Sequence record: SRR20825019_1319
Length of the DNA: 48,319 bases
Strand: one strand, 5' to 3'
The position numbers were made by a program, and so were the translations under genes. This document shows, in pieces, positions 18,155-27,609 of the stretch. Within the stretch, counting starts at the first letter, position 1, and each line of letters opens with the position of its first letter. The notes beneath the pieces were generated by a model. It made no database searches. It saw only the letters and a list, made by a program, of their open reading frames with translations, and was not told the DNA's origin.

Positions 18155-19279
18155 ATGCTTATCACCAGCCAGTTCGATAGCGGCAATATCGAAGTGATCA
18201 AAGGCGACGATCCGTCAGATATTCGCCTGAACATTCGTAAAGACAGCAACTCGGATTTTTACCAGTGGTTTCATTTCCGCCTCTCTGGTGTTGCAGACAC
18301 GCCCTGCAAGCTGACGATCGAGAACGCTGGCGGTGCCGCCTATGTGCCCGGCTGGGAAAATTATAAAGTCTGCGCATCCTACGACCGCGAGAACTGGTTC
18401 CGGATCGACACCAGCTTTGACGGCCAGAACCTCTCATGGAGTGTGGAGCCAGAGCAGGACAGCCTCTATTTCGCGTATTTCGCGCCCTACTCCATGGATC
18501 GTCATGCAGACCTGATCGCCGACGTTTCCGGCTCACCGCTTGTGCGTACCAGCGTGCTGGGTCATACCCTTGACGGGCAGGACATGGACCTTGTGGAGGT
18601 TGGCTTCGGGCCAGAGGGCCGCAAGAAAATCTGGATGGCGGCACGCCAGCACCCCGGTGAGACCATGGCAGAATGGTGGATGGAAGGCGCGCTCGACTAT
18701 CTGCTGGATGAAGACAACCCGGTTGCCCGCGCCCTTTTTGAAAAGGCGCATTTCTATATTGTACCCAACATGAACCCGGACGGATCACGCCGCGGCAACC
18801 TGCGCACCAATGCGGCAGGCGCAAACCTGAACCGCGAGTGGAACTGCGCCACGATGGAGCGCAGCCCGGAGGTTTATCTGGTGCGGGAGAAAATGCACGA
18901 GACAGGCGTGGACTTCCACCTGGATGTGCATGGTGATGAGAACCTGCCCTATAACTTTATCGCAGGCTTTGAAGGCATTCCGTCGCTCACGGAAAAACAG
19001 AGCAAACTTCTGGCTATGTACCAGGACCTTCTGTGCGTGAACTCACCTGATTTCCAGCAAGAGCATGGCTATGACACGGATGAGCCCGGCACGGCCAACC
19101 TCTCCATGTGCACGAACTATATGGCGGAGACGTTCGGTTGCCTCGCGATGACGCTTGAAATGCCGTTCAAGGATAACGACGACCTGCCTGATCTCGAATA
19201 TGGCTGGTCGCCAGAGCGTTGCCGCCATCTTGGCCGCGCGTGCATTGACACACTCGCCCAGATGATCGATGAGCTCTAG
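18155..19279 (+). CDS. M14-family cytosolic zinc carboxypeptidase
   Basis: FDSGNI, QWFHF, FAYFAPYS, ARQHPGE, NMNPDG, NLNREW, LDVHGDE and TLEMPFKD motifs; AGGAG RBS. Confidence 0.93.
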   Translation: MLITSQFDSGNIEVIKGDDPSDIRLNIRKDSNSDFYQWFHFRLSGVADTPCKLTIENAGGAAYVPGWENYKVCASYDRENWFRIDTSFDGQNLSWSVEPEQDSLYFAYFAPYSMDRHADLIADVSGSPLVRTSVLGHTLDGQDMDLVEVGFGPEGRKKIWMAARQHPGETMAEWWMEGALDYLLDEDNPVARALFEKAHFYIVPNMNPDGSRRGNLRTNAAGANLNREWNCATMERSPEVYLVREKMHETGVDFHLDVHGDENLPYNFIAGFEGIPSLTEKQSKLLAMYQDLLCVNSPDFQQEHGYDTDEPGTANLSMCTNYMAETFGCLAMTLEMPFKDNDDLPDLEYGWSPERCRHLGRACIDTLAQMIDEL

Positions 19280-19380
19280 CTATACAAAAACAGTGTAACT
19301 GCTATAGTTTTTCTGCCGATTGACGCTGAACCATGTGCGGAGCATAGGGGGCCGGTTCAGTTTTTTGGAGAAAATCTATC

Positions 19381-19755
19381 ATGACTACACTGTCTGGACA
19401 CTTCCTTCGGGCGGCGGTGATCTATGCCGTGCTCGGTATGGCGATGGGCATCCATATGGCGTCTTCTCACGACCATAGCCAGATGCCCACGCACGCCCAT
19501 CTTATATTGTTAGGGTGGGTATCCATGGCGCTCTATGGATTGTTTTATCGCGGGCTTGGTGATGTTGCGGTCAGCAAGCTGATGCTGGCGCACAAATGGC
19601 TCTCGCACATCGGCCTTATTGGCATGGTGGTGGCGCTGTACGCGATGTTTTCCGGAGTTGCCGCCATTGAACCACTTGCGGGCATCTCGTCGCTTGTTGT
19701 TTTGCTGGCGATGATCCTGTTCGGGGTAATCGTCTTTAAAAACACCGAAGGATGA
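19381..19755 (+). CDS. Small four-TM membrane protein with an HxH motif (heme-copper oxidase-homology type)
   Basis: Four hydrophobic helices; GMAMGIHM...PTHAHLILLGWVSMALYGLFY; GGAG RBS; upstream TTGACG-N17-CATAGG. Confidence 0.75.
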   Translation: MTTLSGHFLRAAVIYAVLGMAMGIHMASSHDHSQMPTHAHLILLGWVSMALYGLFYRGLGDVAVSKLMLAHKWLSHIGLIGMVVALYAMFSGVAAIEPLAGISSLVVLLAMILFGVIVFKNTEG

Positions 19756-19761
19756 TGAGTA

Positions 19762-19788
19762 ACTGCATGAGGCACTGCCTCATGCAGT
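19762..19788. repeat. Perfect 13-bp inverted repeat between convergent genes
   Basis: ACTGCATGAGGCA-C-TGCCTCATGCAGT with no U tract on either side. Confidence 0.8.
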
Positions 19789-19798
19789 ATCGCCGGTA

Positions 19799-20329
19799 TC
19801 AGTCGCCTTCAAAGCTGCACAGGCTCACGACCCGTTCGCAGCGGGTCTTGAGTTTTGTGCTGCCTCCAAGATCCGGCAGGTCCACGACAAAGGCGCAGCC
19901 CACCACGTCACCACCCTGCCGGTCGATCAGCGCCAGCGCGGCGTCTACGGTGCCACCCGTTGCGATAAGGTCATCAACCACCAGAATGCGGTCGCCCGGC
20001 GCCAATGCGTCAAGGTGCATCTCAAGCGTTGCCTCACCATATTCAAGGGAATAGCTTTCCGCGATGGTTTGCTCAGGCAGCTTGCCCTCCTTCCGGATGG
20101 GGATAAAGCCTGCCCCCAGACGGTGTGCGATGGCACCGCCCAGCACAAAACCACGCGCTTCAATAGCGGCAACTTTCTGAATTTTATCATTCTTGAAAGC
20201 TGCGACAATGGCATCTACCGCATGCCGGAACGACGCCGGGTTTCCCAGAAGCGTCGTGACATCCCGAAACTGAATTCCTTCTTTCGGGAAATCAGGAACC
20301 GTGCGGATATAGGACTTCAAGTCCTTCAT
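19799..20329 (-). CDS. apt: Adenine phosphoribosyltransferase
   Basis: PDFPKEGIQFRDVTTLL, EARGF, RKEGKLP, YSLEYG and VVDDLIATGGT. Confidence 0.97.
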   Translation of the reverse strand: MKDLKSYIRTVPDFPKEGIQFRDVTTLLGNPASFRHAVDAIVAAFKNDKIQKVAAIEARGFVLGGAIAHRLGAGFIPIRKEGKLPEQTIAESYSLEYGEATLEMHLDALAPGDRILVVDDLIATGGTVDAALALIDRQGGDVVGCAFVVDLPDLGGSTKLKTRCERVVSLCSFEGD

Positions 20330-20480
20330 ATATAACCTCTTGCCAGATTGGACTAGGAGGGCAGATTACGCTCACCAAGCGCCTTGAACAAGAAAAGAGA
20401 GAGTACGGCACATAAGATATGCACCGCACCCGATTAGGCTGGAAGGAACACCTTGGTGTCCTTTCGCATCAACAGGAGTT

Positions 20481-21533
20481 TCAGAGAGACGCCTCAGGAA
20501 AATGCCGCCGGGTACGATTAGCGATCACTACCAACGACAGCATCACCGGAACCTCAACCAGCACCCCAACCACTGTCGCAAGCGCCGCGCCTGAGTTCAG
20601 GCCGAAAAGGCCAATTGCCACGGCCACAGCCAGCTCGAAAAAATTGGATGTCCCAATCAAAGCCGCAGGGGCTGCTGTGCTGAACGGCACCCGCCATATA
20701 TAAGCCCAGCCGTAGGCGATGACAAAAATACCGTATGTCTGGATCAGCAAAGGAACGGCAATCAACGCAATCACGAGCGGGCGGTCAAGGATCGTCTGGG
20801 CCTGAAACCCGAACAGGACAACAACAGTTGCCAGAAGACCCAAGATGGAAAAGGGCTTAATTGTGCCTGTAAACGCATCAATACGGGCCTGCGTGCTACC
20901 GCCTTCCAGCCGCTTGCGTGTGATATAGCCAGCCAACAGGGGAAGAACCACATACAAGAGGACAGAGAAAAACAGAGTCTGCCACGGCACAATGATATCC
21001 GTGACCCCCAGCAGCAGGGCGCATAGAGGCGCAAAGGCAACCACCATGATCAGGTCGTTGATCGAAACCTGCACCAGCGTGTAATTGGCGTCGCCGCGCA
21101 CCAGTTGGCTCCAGACAAAGACCATTGCCGTGCAAGGCGCTACACCCAGCAAGATCATGCCTGCTATATATTCATTTGCCGTTTCAGGCGCGACAAGGCC
21201 CGCAAATATATAGTCAAAAAACAAGACGCCCAGAGCAGCCATGGAAAAAGGCTTTATCAGCCAGTTTACAACCAGCGTGATACACAGGCCTTTTGGCTTT
21301 TTCCCCACGTCCTTGATAGACGCGAAATCCACATTCACCATCATTGGGTAAATCATGACCCAGATAAAGACTGCGACAACGAGGTTAACGCCCGCATATT
21401 CAAGCGCCGCGACCATCTGAAAAAAGCTCGGCGAAATAGCACCGAGACAAACACCTGCCGCAATGCACAAGCCCACCCAAACCGACAGGTAGCGTTCAAA
21501 CAGACCCATGGCTGACGATGTATCCTTACTCAT
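20481..21533 (-). CDS. acr3: ACR3-family arsenite efflux transporter
   Basis: [46 protein letters not shown] and [10 protein letters not shown]. Confidence 0.96.
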   Translation of the reverse strand: MSKDTSSAMGLFERYLSVWVGLCIAAGVCLGAISPSFFQMVAALEYAGVNLVVAVFIWVMIYPMMVNVDFASIKDVGKKPKGLCITLVVNWLIKPFSMAALGVLFFDYIFAGLVAPETANEYIAGMILLGVAPCTAMVFVWSQLVRGDANYTLVQVSINDLIMVVAFAPLCALLLGVTDIIVPWQTLFFSVLLYVVLPLLAGYITRKRLEGGSTQARIDAFTGTIKPFSILGLLATVVVLFGFQAQTILDRPLVIALIAVPLLIQTYGIFVIAYGWAYIWRVPFSTAAPAALIGTSNFFELAVAVAIGLFGLNSGAALATVVGVLVEVPVMLSLVVIANRTRRHFPEASL

Positions 21534-21955
21534 AACAATTCTTCCTCTATGTGCTTTTTCAGCATGTGCAAAGCTGTATCAAAGGCCGCCTTCACTTCGG
21601 CATCACTGCCTGTGGCCTTTGCAGGGTCCGGCGTGCTCCAGTGCAACTTTCTAGGAGCACCAGCAAAGATAGGGCAGGTTTCGCCCGCCGCCTGATCGCA
21701 TACCGTAATAACATAGTCAAAATGGCGCCCCGCGAACTCGTCCCAGGATTTGCTCCGCGGGTCAGCGGTCGACAGGCCTGCCCGCTTGAGCGCCGCAAGC
21801 GTCCCAGGATGCACATAACCGGCCGGTGAACTCCCTGCGCTTACGGCTTTAAACCGCCCGGCCCCAAGGTGATTAACGAGGGCTTCACCCATGATCGACC
21901 TGCACGAGTTGCCTGTGCAAAGAATGAGAACATCATACATCTGATCATTCGACAT
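21530..21955 (-). CDS. arsC: Arsenate reductase (thioredoxin-coupled, LMW-PTP fold)
   Basis: [10 protein letters not shown]-loop, redox Cys pair VITVCD...ETCP and HWSTPDPA; overlaps acr3 by 4 nt. Confidence 0.93.
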   Translation of the reverse strand: MSNDQMYDVLILCTGNSCRSIMGEALVNHLGAGRFKAVSAGSSPAGYVHPGTLAALKRAGLSTADPRSKSWDEFAGRHFDYVITVCDQAAGETCPIFAGAPRKLHWSTPDPAKATGSDAEVKAAFDTALHMLKKHIEEELL

Positions 21956-21969
21956 AATAAATCCTTATT

Positions 21970-21983
21970 TCCAGAATTATGGA
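21970..21983. promoter_or_regulatory. Imperfect palindrome upstream of arsC, putative ArsR/SmtB-type operator
   Basis: TCCAGAATTATGGA (reverse complement TCCATAATTCTGGA), 14 bp upstream of the arsC start. Confidence 0.5.
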
Positions 21984-22079
21984 TTCTTTTATGCGTAAAC
22001 AGAGATGACCGCAAGATGACAAGCCAGACATATGCCTTTAGAGTATTTTGAAATCTTCCAGATCAAGGCACGGCGATTT

Positions 22080-22679
22080 ATGCTCATAGAAGACATCATG
22101 GTGTGGATAGAAGCTTTTGCTTCTGAACCGCTGCGCCTGACGCTGGCGCTGATGCTTCTATCGCTTTTTTTTGATACCGCCGCAGTGATTACTGCGGGGC
22201 TGATGGTGGGTATGGGCCTGCTCAGCGGTGTTACCACAACCGCCGCACTGGCAACGGCTATTTTAGCCGGGGACTGCGCCGTTTATCTTTTTGGCTATAT
22301 GACACGGGAGCTGCCGTGGGCAGCGCGCTGGCTACCATCCAGCGGCATGGCCAAACTTGAGGCCTGGGTAACACCAAAACAGACTGAGGTGCTTTTGCTA
22401 TCCCGCATCATTCCGGGGTCACGCAGCATTGTATATCTGGTGTTTGGTTATCTGCACCTTTCGCCCACGCGCTTCATCACGGTTGCGGGCTTGGGTGGCG
22501 TGGTCTGGTGCACTGTGATCATGGCGGTAGTTAGCCAGACCGGGCAACTGTTTGCGGAAAACGGGTGGATGGTAAGCGCGGGCGCAGGCATTCTGGCCGC
22601 TGGGCTTGTCCTTATTCCCGCCCGCATTATTGCCCGCAAAAGCGACCATGCCGATATATTAAAACAGGTGGACCGCTAG
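22080..22679 (+). CDS. DedA/VTT-family membrane protein
   Basis: AILAGDCAVYLFG and LLSRIIPGSRSIVYLVFG...RF motifs. The start is uncertain (22032, 22080 or 22098). Confidence 0.85.
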   Translation: MLIEDIMVWIEAFASEPLRLTLALMLLSLFFDTAAVITAGLMVGMGLLSGVTTTAALATAILAGDCAVYLFGYMTRELPWAARWLPSSGMAKLEAWVTPKQTEVLLLSRIIPGSRSIVYLVFGYLHLSPTRFITVAGLGGVVWCTVIMAVVSQTGQLFAENGWMVSAGAGILAAGLVLIPARIIARKSDHADILKQVDR

Positions 22680-22711
22680 ATCCACCTGAGAGCAGAGAAC
22701 ACCACAGCCTT

Positions 22712-23686
22712 TCAGTGGCCGCCGGTACGGCTTATTGAAATTTCATTTTCTTTGAGTATGCGAAATATGCGTTGGGCAGATGTTTTGCCATACCCCGCTT
22801 TTTGGATGAGCTGCAACAGCGCGCGCAATTCACCTTGTTCGAGCACAGCCCGCACTTCACCAAGGGTAACGCCTGCTTCTATTGCCAGCGCGCTACCAAG
22901 GAACTGGAAACTGCCACGCTCAACCATCTCAAGCGTCAGCATTTCAGACAAGCGCCCCTGCTTCTTGAGGTCAACCACATACCCATGAACCTGCGCGGGG
23001 CCTGCCTGTGCTATCTGCCGCCACAGCGTCTCATTCTGGCTTTTGAAAATCAGCTCACCCACCACCTTATCGGGCAGCGCATAATTGGAGAGCAGAACCT
23101 GGCGGCACTGCTCTGACACCAGCGCGATGATTCGCTCAGCTACTGCAAGCGGCATGTCATCGCGGTGCCCCATGGCATCCATAATTTGCTGCTCCGCAGA
23201 GAAGCGTTGCAGGGCCTTCTCACAGATATCATTGGTAAGCCGCACGTTGATGTTTTTCATCACGTAAGTGACGGTTTTGCCGGAACCACTTGCGACAAGC
23301 GCAAGGGCAGTTTGTTCGCCAATATCGCTACGACGCGCGAGCCGGATATGTGCATGTTCTTCAAGGTGGGGAATAAGGCCAGCCCACTGGCTGTCGCTCA
23401 GCGCGAAGGTTGTCTCCACAAAGGCGCCAGACACACTCTCTACATCGCTTGCAATGCGGGCTGCGAGGTCTTGCGGGATATCCCTGCACAGGCGCAACTC
23501 GAATGCCAAGGTCTCACGCACCTGCACGCTCATGTCTTGAGCGAGGGCGCGGGCGATATTTGTCGCAGCCTCCAGTTCTTCGGTTTCACGTCCTCCTGAA
23601 CTCAGGAAGCGGGAGACACGCTGCGCCAACACCACCTTTTCTAGGCGGTCCGCGTTGACCAGGTTGCCAAGGGCCAAACTCATCAC
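22712..23686 (-). CDS. DUF2336-domain protein (SpbR-like), paralog 2
   Basis: ARALAQDMSVQVRETLAFELR...LAARIASDVESVSGAFVE...LARRSDI pattern; clear paralog of 23918-24907; GGAG RBS. Confidence 0.8.
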   Translation of the reverse strand: MMSLALGNLVNADRLEKVVLAQRVSRFLSSGGRETEELEAATNIARALAQDMSVQVRETLAFELRLCRDIPQDLAARIASDVESVSGAFVETTFALSDSQWAGLIPHLEEHAHIRLARRSDIGEQTALALVASGSGKTVTYVMKNINVRLTNDICEKALQRFSAEQQIMDAMGHRDDMPLAVAERIIALVSEQCRQVLLSNYALPDKVVGELIFKSQNETLWRQIAQAGPAQVHGYVVDLKKQGRLSEMLTLEMVERGSFQFLGSALAIEAGVTLGEVRAVLEQGELRALLQLIQKAGYGKTSAQRIFRILKENEISISRTGGH

Positions 23687-23859
23687 TTATCGACTCCAAT
23701 ATTATTTCGCCGCCATTTTCTATGGCAGCAGATATTTTGGCACCCAAGTCTTATTATTTAATCAATTAATCCGTAAAATTTTCGCTAATCGGCGGCATGG
23801 CATTCATTATTTTCACGGCACACTTCAGGCTTCTCGTCAGCCCTCTATCAAGGCACATT

Positions 23860-23889
23860 AAAAGCCCCGCCAGATAGTCTCTGCGGCGC
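23860..23889 (-). terminator. Probable terminator between the DUF2336 paralogs
   Basis: Minus strand GCGCCGCAGAGA-CUA-UCUGGCGGGGC then UUUU; imperfect stem. Confidence 0.5.
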
Positions 23890-23917
23890 AATGAAGATTT
23901 CAGTTTTTGGCGAGGAT

Positions 23918-24907
23918 TCAGGCGACAGCGTCTTTGGCTTTGTCCTCAACCGCATCCTTGATGGGGGTGACATTGCTGGTCTTGCCATAGAATTTTTTCG
24001 CGAGTTGCAGAAAACGCGGTGCCATCGATTTGCTTACGTTCGCCATCTGCATCAAGCGCACAAACGCTGCTGGGTCTTCAAGCGTGAGAATCTCACGGAT
24101 ACGACCGAGCGGCAAACCAGCCTCAAGCGCCAGTGAGCTTTCCATAAAGGTCGGGCAACCGCGGCCCGTAATCTCGATAACCAACAGGTAATTCAAACGA
24201 CGGTCGTTCCTGAGGTCAGTAACAAAGGCATGTATCTGGGTCGGGCTGGCATTCTTAAGCTGCGCCCACAAAACCTCGATCTTGCTGTCTTCCGTCATTT
24301 TGGAGGCAACGCCCTGATCAACAGCGTAATGCTCAATCAGCATTTCACGGCAATGATCAGAAACATTGTTGATGATGCGCTCAACCACCTTGAGCGGCAG
24401 ATCGGCCCGAGCGCCCAGATGGTCCATCATGCGGCGGTTGTCGCTATAACGGTCAACCACCTTGTCGCACGCGATCTCGGCTAGTGTCAGGTTATCGTTG
24501 CGCACAAGGGAGGTTACAGTTGGTTCCTGCCCTACGGTCGCCAGTTTTTCCTGCACGGTCTCGCTCAGGTCCTTACGGCGCGCCACAACAACCAGGCTTG
24601 GCTCCTTGAGGCCCGGGATAAGTTTCAGCCATTCTTTATCGGTAAACACCATGGTTTCGCCAAGAAACGCCCCTGAAACGCTTTCAACGTCATGCGCAAT
24701 TTTCTCAGCCAGATCGGTTGCGAGCACCTTGCATTTCCGCAGTTCAAACGCCAGAACCTCACGCACCTGCGCACTGACATCCTGCGCCAGAACACGCGCT
24801 ACGTTTTCCACCGTTGCGCGTTCTTCCTGCACCTGCTCAGCAACAAGAAATTGGCCCACCCGCTTTGCGAGCGCCATTTTTTCAAGTTTTACAGTATCAA
24901 TCAGCAT
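23918..24907 (-). CDS. DUF2336-domain protein (SpbR-like), paralog 1
   Basis: ARVLAQDVSAQVREVLAFELR...LAEKIAHDVESVSGAFLGE...VARRKDLS...LVRN. ATG 24907 preferred; TTG 24967 is possible. Confidence 0.8.
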   Translation of the reverse strand: MLIDTVKLEKMALAKRVGQFLVAEQVQEERATVENVARVLAQDVSAQVREVLAFELRKCKVLATDLAEKIAHDVESVSGAFLGETMVFTDKEWLKLIPGLKEPSLVVVARRKDLSETVQEKLATVGQEPTVTSLVRNDNLTLAEIACDKVVDRYSDNRRMMDHLGARADLPLKVVERIINNVSDHCREMLIEHYAVDQGVASKMTEDSKIEVLWAQLKNASPTQIHAFVTDLRNDRRLNYLLVIEITGRGCPTFMESSLALEAGLPLGRIREILTLEDPAAFVRLMQMANVSKSMAPRFLQLAKKFYGKTSNVTPIKDAVEDKAKDAVA

Positions 24908-25049
24908 GGTGATGTCCGTTGTACTCAATGAAATAGCCTTCTGGTGATGCCTGAAGGTTTTACTCAACTAAACCTATTCAACTACACGGGCCCGATATTG
25001 GCAGTATCTCACGCATTCCTAAGCTTTTCGTCAAGGATTGGCTAAAATC

Positions 25050-25064
25050 TTAGCTAAAATTTAA
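25050..25064. promoter_or_regulatory. Putative CtrA site TTAG-ctaaaat-TTAA upstream of DUF2336 paralog 1
   Basis: One mismatch to TTAA-N7-TTAA; embedded in a GCTAAAAT direct repeat (25041 and 25053). Confidence 0.45.
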
Positions 25065-25090
25065 AGTTCATGGCCACAACGAATGCGGGC

Positions 25091-25144
25091 AAAAAAAAGG
25101 GGGCAAACGCCCCCTTTGAGTTATTGCCCGGGGGTTTCCCCCCG
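25091..25144 (-). terminator. Double hairpin with intrinsic terminator closing the ABC permease operon
   Basis: CGGGGG-GAAA-CCCCCG (25129-25144), then GGGGGC-GUUU-GCCCCC followed by U8 (25091-25114). Confidence 0.88.
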
Positions 25145-25163
25145 ACGCGAGAGATCTGTTGGC

Positions 25164-27599
25164 CTATTCTTCTTTCAAGGCCACAATAGGGTTTGATGAA
25201 GCCACGAAGGCGGCGTGCCCACCAACGGCCAGCCACGCCAGAACAAGGGCGCCAATACTCGGCGCCAGAAATGTCAACGCATCAAAACCAACCTGACTTG
25301 GGAAACGTGTCAGCCAGTTCTGCATGAAATAGACGGCAAACGGCCACGCAATAAGGCTCGCAAACAACACAGGTTTTGAGAACTGCCACACAAGAAGCGA
25401 GACAATATCCCTGACCCTTGCGCCCAATACCTTGCGCACGCTGATTTCTTTGGCACGCTGCGCTGTGGAGAAGCTCGCCAGACCATAAAGCCCCAGAAGG
25501 CTGATCAATATCGCAAGGCCCGAGAAAACAGCAAAGATAAACCCGCGTTCACGGTCTGCCGCAAACTGAGCCTCAAGCGTCTCATCAAGAAAACCCATCC
25601 GGGGTGGCACCAGCGGGAACATCTCCCGCCAGATACCTTCAGCCACGTCCTTGAAGGCTGCATCACTGCTGCGGTAGCGCACACCAAGGCGTGCGTATGA
25701 GCCTGGGTCGTTGACATAGAGCATGGGCTCTGAGCCAGAAGCGACATGATCAACCAGTGTATCTTCCACCACGCCAATCACTGTGATGGTGATCGCATCC
25801 AACTGAATGGTTTTACCAACAGCTTCTGTCGCTGTGCCGAGCCCCAGATAGTCAAGGGCCGCGCGGTTAACGAGCCCGGCACCGTCATGCCAATCAGCCT
25901 CACCCTTTTGGCGCATGGCATCTGTGCCATAAGCCTTTGAGAACGAACGCCCACTCGTTACCTCGGTGTCATATGTGGCAAAATAGTCTTCATCCACATA
26001 ACGGGTGGTGATTGCCATAGAGGCCACTTCTTTGCCGTCGACACCAGAGACACCATTGTAGCTGCGCCCACTGTAGCCCGGCAGTGTCCAGCTGAAAGCT
26101 GCGTTCATCACGTCGGGATGGTCCAGCAGCCGCTTCTTGAAGGCCTCCTGCATAGGCGCGACAGCGTCATCGCTCATCTTGCTGACCCAGAGAATATTCT
26201 CCGCATCAAAGCCTCTATCAAGGGACTGCATATGGTCCAGTTGGCGATACACAATCGTGGTTGCAGTGATGAGGAAGATGGAAATCGCGAACTGGATTAC
26301 CACCAGCATCATTCGCAGGCGCACCGACCCTGCGGGCTCTGACCGCCCTGCCCTCAGCACGCGGGCTGGCAAATAGCGTGATGTTGCAAGCGCTGGATGA
26401 AGGCCCGCACCAATCACCGTGATCAGCGCAAGGCCCGCGAGGGCCGCAAGCGAGAGCGGGTCGCCCGCGTAATCAAGCCGCAGTACCTTGGCCAAAACTT
26501 CGTTAAGATACGGCAACGCCACCTCAAGGATTGCTAGCGCGAGAACGACAGACAGGCCCACCATCACGGCTGTCTCGATCAGAAACTGCCGGATGATATC
26601 CGCCCGGCCTGCACCCAGAACTTTCCGGACCGCTACTTCCCGCGCGCGCGCAGCCGAGCGAGCCGTCGCCAAGTTCATGAAATTCAGGCACGCGATAACC
26701 AGAATGAGCAGTGCGATTGCTACAAAGGCATAAACCGTGTTGATGTCCCCCTTAGGTTTGTAGACCGCACGAGCTGGGCCATACATATGCATGTCTGCAA
26801 TAGGCACCAGTTCCATTTTCCATCGTTCGGAAGCTACAAAATCCACACCCCAATCAGGGGCATAACGATCGAGAAACGGTCCAAACAGGCTATCAAAACG
26901 TGTCACAGGCACGCCTGTTTTGAGCTTCACGAAGGTCATGAAGCCAATACTATCCCAACTCTCGGTCAAGACATGGCCGTCCTCGATGAAATCCGTATCG
27001 AGAAGAGGCACAATCATCTCATAAGAGAACTGAGTATTGTCCGGCAGATCTTCGACAACACCGGAGACAATGAAACTGCGCCCCGAACCGAAGTGAACTT
27101 CCCTGCCTAACACATCACTTTCACCAAAAAACTTATGTGCCGCGCTTTCTGTTATCACGAGGCCCGAGACATCTTTCAGGGCGGTAGCCCTGTCACCTGC
27201 GATAAAACTTGGCTGGAACACCTCAAAGAAATTGGCATCAACAAAATACGCCATCACGGGCAGGCCTTGCCCGTCGCGAATTACCGCCTCTGAGGAGTTG
27301 GTTACCCGGGTAACCGCATCCATGTCTGCGCCAAAATCGCTTGCAAGCAAGGGGCCAATGGGGCCCGGCGTTGCACCAAGATACAGCTCACCTCGTCCGT
27401 CGGGTGTGCTACGCCAGGTAACATGGTGGATTTGCTCACCCTCTGGCCAAAAGCTGTCGTACGACATTTCGTCTCGCACAAAGAGAAGGATCGCAACACA
27501 GCTCGCGAGCCCAACCGCGAGCCCCACGATGTTAATGAGCGAAAACAGCCTCTGTTTGACAATGTGCCGAATGCTTAATTTCAGATGGGTGAGCAACAT
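25164..27599 (-). CDS. MacB/FtsX-family ABC permease, internally duplicated (8-TM type), copy 5
   Basis: FSLINIVGLAVGLA, IACLNFMNLATARSAARAREVAVRKVLGA, GLYGLASF...KEISVRKVLGA...WQFSKPV and NPIVALKEE. ATG 27599 with a GGGAGG RBS. Confidence 0.93.
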   Translation of the reverse strand: MLLTHLKLSIRHIVKQRLFSLINIVGLAVGLASCVAILLFVRDEMSYDSFWPEGEQIHHVTWRSTPDGRGELYLGATPGPIGPLLASDFGADMDAVTRVTNSSEAVIRDGQGLPVMAYFVDANFFEVFQPSFIAGDRATALKDVSGLVITESAAHKFFGESDVLGREVHFGSGRSFIVSGVVEDLPDNTQFSYEMIVPLLDTDFIEDGHVLTESWDSIGFMTFVKLKTGVPVTRFDSLFGPFLDRYAPDWGVDFVASERWKMELVPIADMHMYGPARAVYKPKGDINTVYAFVAIALLILVIACLNFMNLATARSAARAREVAVRKVLGAGRADIIRQFLIETAVMVGLSVVLALAILEVALPYLNEVLAKVLRLDYAGDPLSLAALAGLALITVIGAGLHPALATSRYLPARVLRAGRSEPAGSVRLRMMLVVIQFAISIFLITATTIVYRQLDHMQSLDRGFDAENILWVSKMSDDAVAPMQEAFKKRLLDHPDVMNAAFSWTLPGYSGRSYNGVSGVDGKEVASMAITTRYVDEDYFATYDTEVTSGRSFSKAYGTDAMRQKGEADWHDGAGLVNRAALDYLGLGTATEAVGKTIQLDAITITVIGVVEDTLVDHVASGSEPMLYVNDPGSYARLGVRYRSSDAAFKDVAEGIWREMFPLVPPRMGFLDETLEAQFAADRERGFIFAVFSGLAILISLLGLYGLASFSTAQRAKEISVRKVLGARVRDIVSLLVWQFSKPVLFASLIAWPFAVYFMQNWLTRFPSQVGFDALTFLAPSIGALVLAWLAVGGHAAFVASSNPIVALKEE

Positions 27600-27609
27600 G
27601 GCGGCCTCC

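Noticed and set aside
18013-18249. 78-aa minus-strand ORF as the gene served by the 17891-17929 terminator
   Set aside because: It overlaps the M14 peptidase start in antisense and has no recognisable features; the promoter at 17988-18016 explains the terminator better.
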